A stretch of 63,679 nt of DNA, counting the filler, from Octopus bimaculoides (Eukaryota), in NCBI RefSeq assembly GCF_001194135.2. It is 5 parts of 5 records of this genome, joined end to end, with 100 filler letters (N's around TTAATTAATTAA, not from the genome) between each part and the next. Parts side by side here need not be neighbours in the genome. Positions count along the whole stretch, not along the records: positions 61,757 to 63,679 come from NW_026399105.1; 4 more parts are not named here. One strand, 5' to 3'. Shown piece after piece: positions 61,757 through 63,679 of this stretch. Within the stretch, counting starts at the first letter, position 1. Every line of letters starts with the position of its first letter. Under the pieces are notes generated by a model. The model searched no databases. It worked only from the letters and a program-made list of their open reading frames with translations, and was not told the origin of the DNA. The position numbers and the translations under genes were made by a program.

Positions 61757-63679
61757 TTGATACAAGTATCTAAATTAGTTATATCAATATTGCTGGTTGT
61801 ATTATTGGATATGCAATTGATGTTGTTTGAGCTAGGAAGATTTATCTCATCAACTATGTTAACAGTTATTATTATGTTCATTAACATGTGCATGATTATT
61901 GGTTGCGTTGGTGTTATTAAGTGTTCGGTAGTTATTTGTAATGTTATCAATAATAAGACAATTTTTATTTTCAAGGGTCCTAGCTAGTTCAATGTTCTTT
62001 CTATGTAACTTATTGATAATAGATCCTATATTGGGGAGAGTAGAGTATGAGATACGGATTGTATTGAGAGAAGATTTTATATTATCTATGGTTAGGGTCG
62101 AAATTTTTTTGTAAGATATCCATAAATTTCTCATAGATGCTCGTAGATACTGCATAATTGTAAGGGATGTTAAACCATATAGAATTTTTTCTTTTAAATT
62201 TGTAATATGATAGGGGTTTGTGGTTATCATAAGTATTTGGGGTTATATTATTGCTTCTACTATCATTTGTAGTTTTCTTATTGTGATCTATCTTATGTAA
62301 AGTTATTTTCCTATTCTTATGGCCATTATTATAATTTCTTAAACTAGGTATTTTATTGGTGTTAATATGATTGTGTTGTATTTCATTTTTAGGATCTATT
62401 TTAAAACGGGGGCCACATTTTTCATTAATGTTTTACGTAGTGTTTTTGGTACGGAAACACTTTCAAACTTCGTATACTTATCTATTTTGTGTTATAGAAC
62501 AGAAAAATATTTTTGTATTCGAATTTATTTCATGTAAAAAATTGTCTTATTTCGATAATTTCAACCAATCACTGACAAGTATTCAGTTGTTTAGGGTTAG
62601 GGTTAATTGTTTCAGAATCGTTTGTTTATGTAGTCGGCACTTAATGTATATCGGCTGAATGGACGTCAGTGATTGGTTGAAATTACAGAAATACGACAAC
62701 TTCAACATGGAATAACTTATGGGTTTCTTTTTTTTTAAAGAAGACTNNNNNNNNNNNNNNNNNNNNNNNNNNNNNNNNNNNNNNNNNNNNNNNNNNNNNN
62801 NNNNNNNNNNNNNNNNNNNNNNNNNNNNNNNNNNNNNNNNNNNNNNNNNNNNNNNNNNNNNNNNNNNNNNNNNNNNNNNNNNNNNNNNNNNNNNNNNNNN
62901 NNNNNNNNNNNNNNNNNNNNNNNNNNNNNNNNNNNNNNNNNNNNNNNNNNNNNNNNNNNNNNNNNNNNNNNNNNNNNNNNNNNNNNNNNNNNNNNNNNNN
63001 NNNNNNNNNNNNNNNNNNNNNNNNNNNNNNNNNNNNNNNNNNNNNNNNNNNNNNNNNNNNNNNNNNNNNNGAAAGAAATTTTTTGGTCATAGCCCGCTCT
63101 AGATAAAGCTTCATTGTAGTAATGAGAATTAGAGTTAAAAATGTCATGGTTTGAGGACAGTTTAGTTAATCTATCGGAAATTGTTTTTACAATAGATTTA
63201 AAAATATTTGTGGGGTGATGAGATGATCTATTTACATACTTAGTGACTTCATTTTCCTTTCTATAGGGATAGTGCAATTTAGAGCTAATATTAAGAGTGG
63301 TATCAAGAAAGTTAACGATTTTAGTACCATATTCAAAAGTAATGCTAAGGTTAAAGCTTTTAAAGAATTTTCTGATATTCTTTCTCATTCTCTCTATGGT
63401 TGACTTATTGTTGGTGGGAATGATAAATAAGGCATCATCCCTGTAAAGACCCCCTTGAAGTTCAGGAATTTCCCTATTTAGATATGCTCCAACCAAATTT
63501 GTGATTTCAGCCGAATCACTCGATCCCATTGGGATATCAAAGTTATCATGGGTGTCAGATCTGGTCCAGAGTTTATCTTCAAATTCGATGATGGTTCTTC
63601 TAGCTGAAAGAATTATATCAATTTTTTTGTCTAGTAATTAGGGATCTATTTTTAGCAAAGATGAGAGCTTTGTTAAGGA
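61757..63679 (-). mobile_element. Penelope-like retroelement (RT plus linker), incomplete
   Basis: FDIPMGSSDSAEITNLVG, GLYRDD, VNFLDTTLN, YPYRK, SHHP, RL..LSS, ALSRAGY; downstream IWFNIPY and NTIRISYSTLPNIGSII. Confidence 0.9.
62500..62726. mobile_element. Short inverted-repeat element with a TTAGGG-like core, nested in the Penelope-like element
   Basis: Perfect 21-bp IR 62556-62576/62665-62685 enclosing ttagggttagggtta at 62591-62605. Confidence 0.55.

Overview
Repeat-rich, gappy eukaryotic genomic DNA, most consistent with an octopus (inferred from the tRNA-derived SINE families, very dense microsatellites and a divergent GC-rich 18S fragment). There are no complete genes. The window contains: (1) a pile-up of at least ten co-oriented R4/Dong-type (RT + restriction-like endonuclease) retrotransposon fragments, each bracketed by (AAT)n, at 17.8-30.3 kb, with a second such site at 54.6-57.8 kb; (2) a ~560-bp non-coding, AAT-tailed element that always accompanies them and may be a non-autonomous partner; (3) about 35 SINE copies from four head types that mix and match 3' tails; (4) Tc1/mariner fossils and MITEs, one mariner being interrupted by an 18S rRNA fragment; (5) two Tx1/L1-like 3' ends; (6) a Penelope-like element; (7) a few candidate host exons, the best being a phase-compatible pair (37037-37097, 60119-60238) that would encode the N-terminus of a type II membrane protein. 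Most ORFs in the supplied track are microsatellite or gap artefacts. All family assignments are by motif recognition only; no database search was run.
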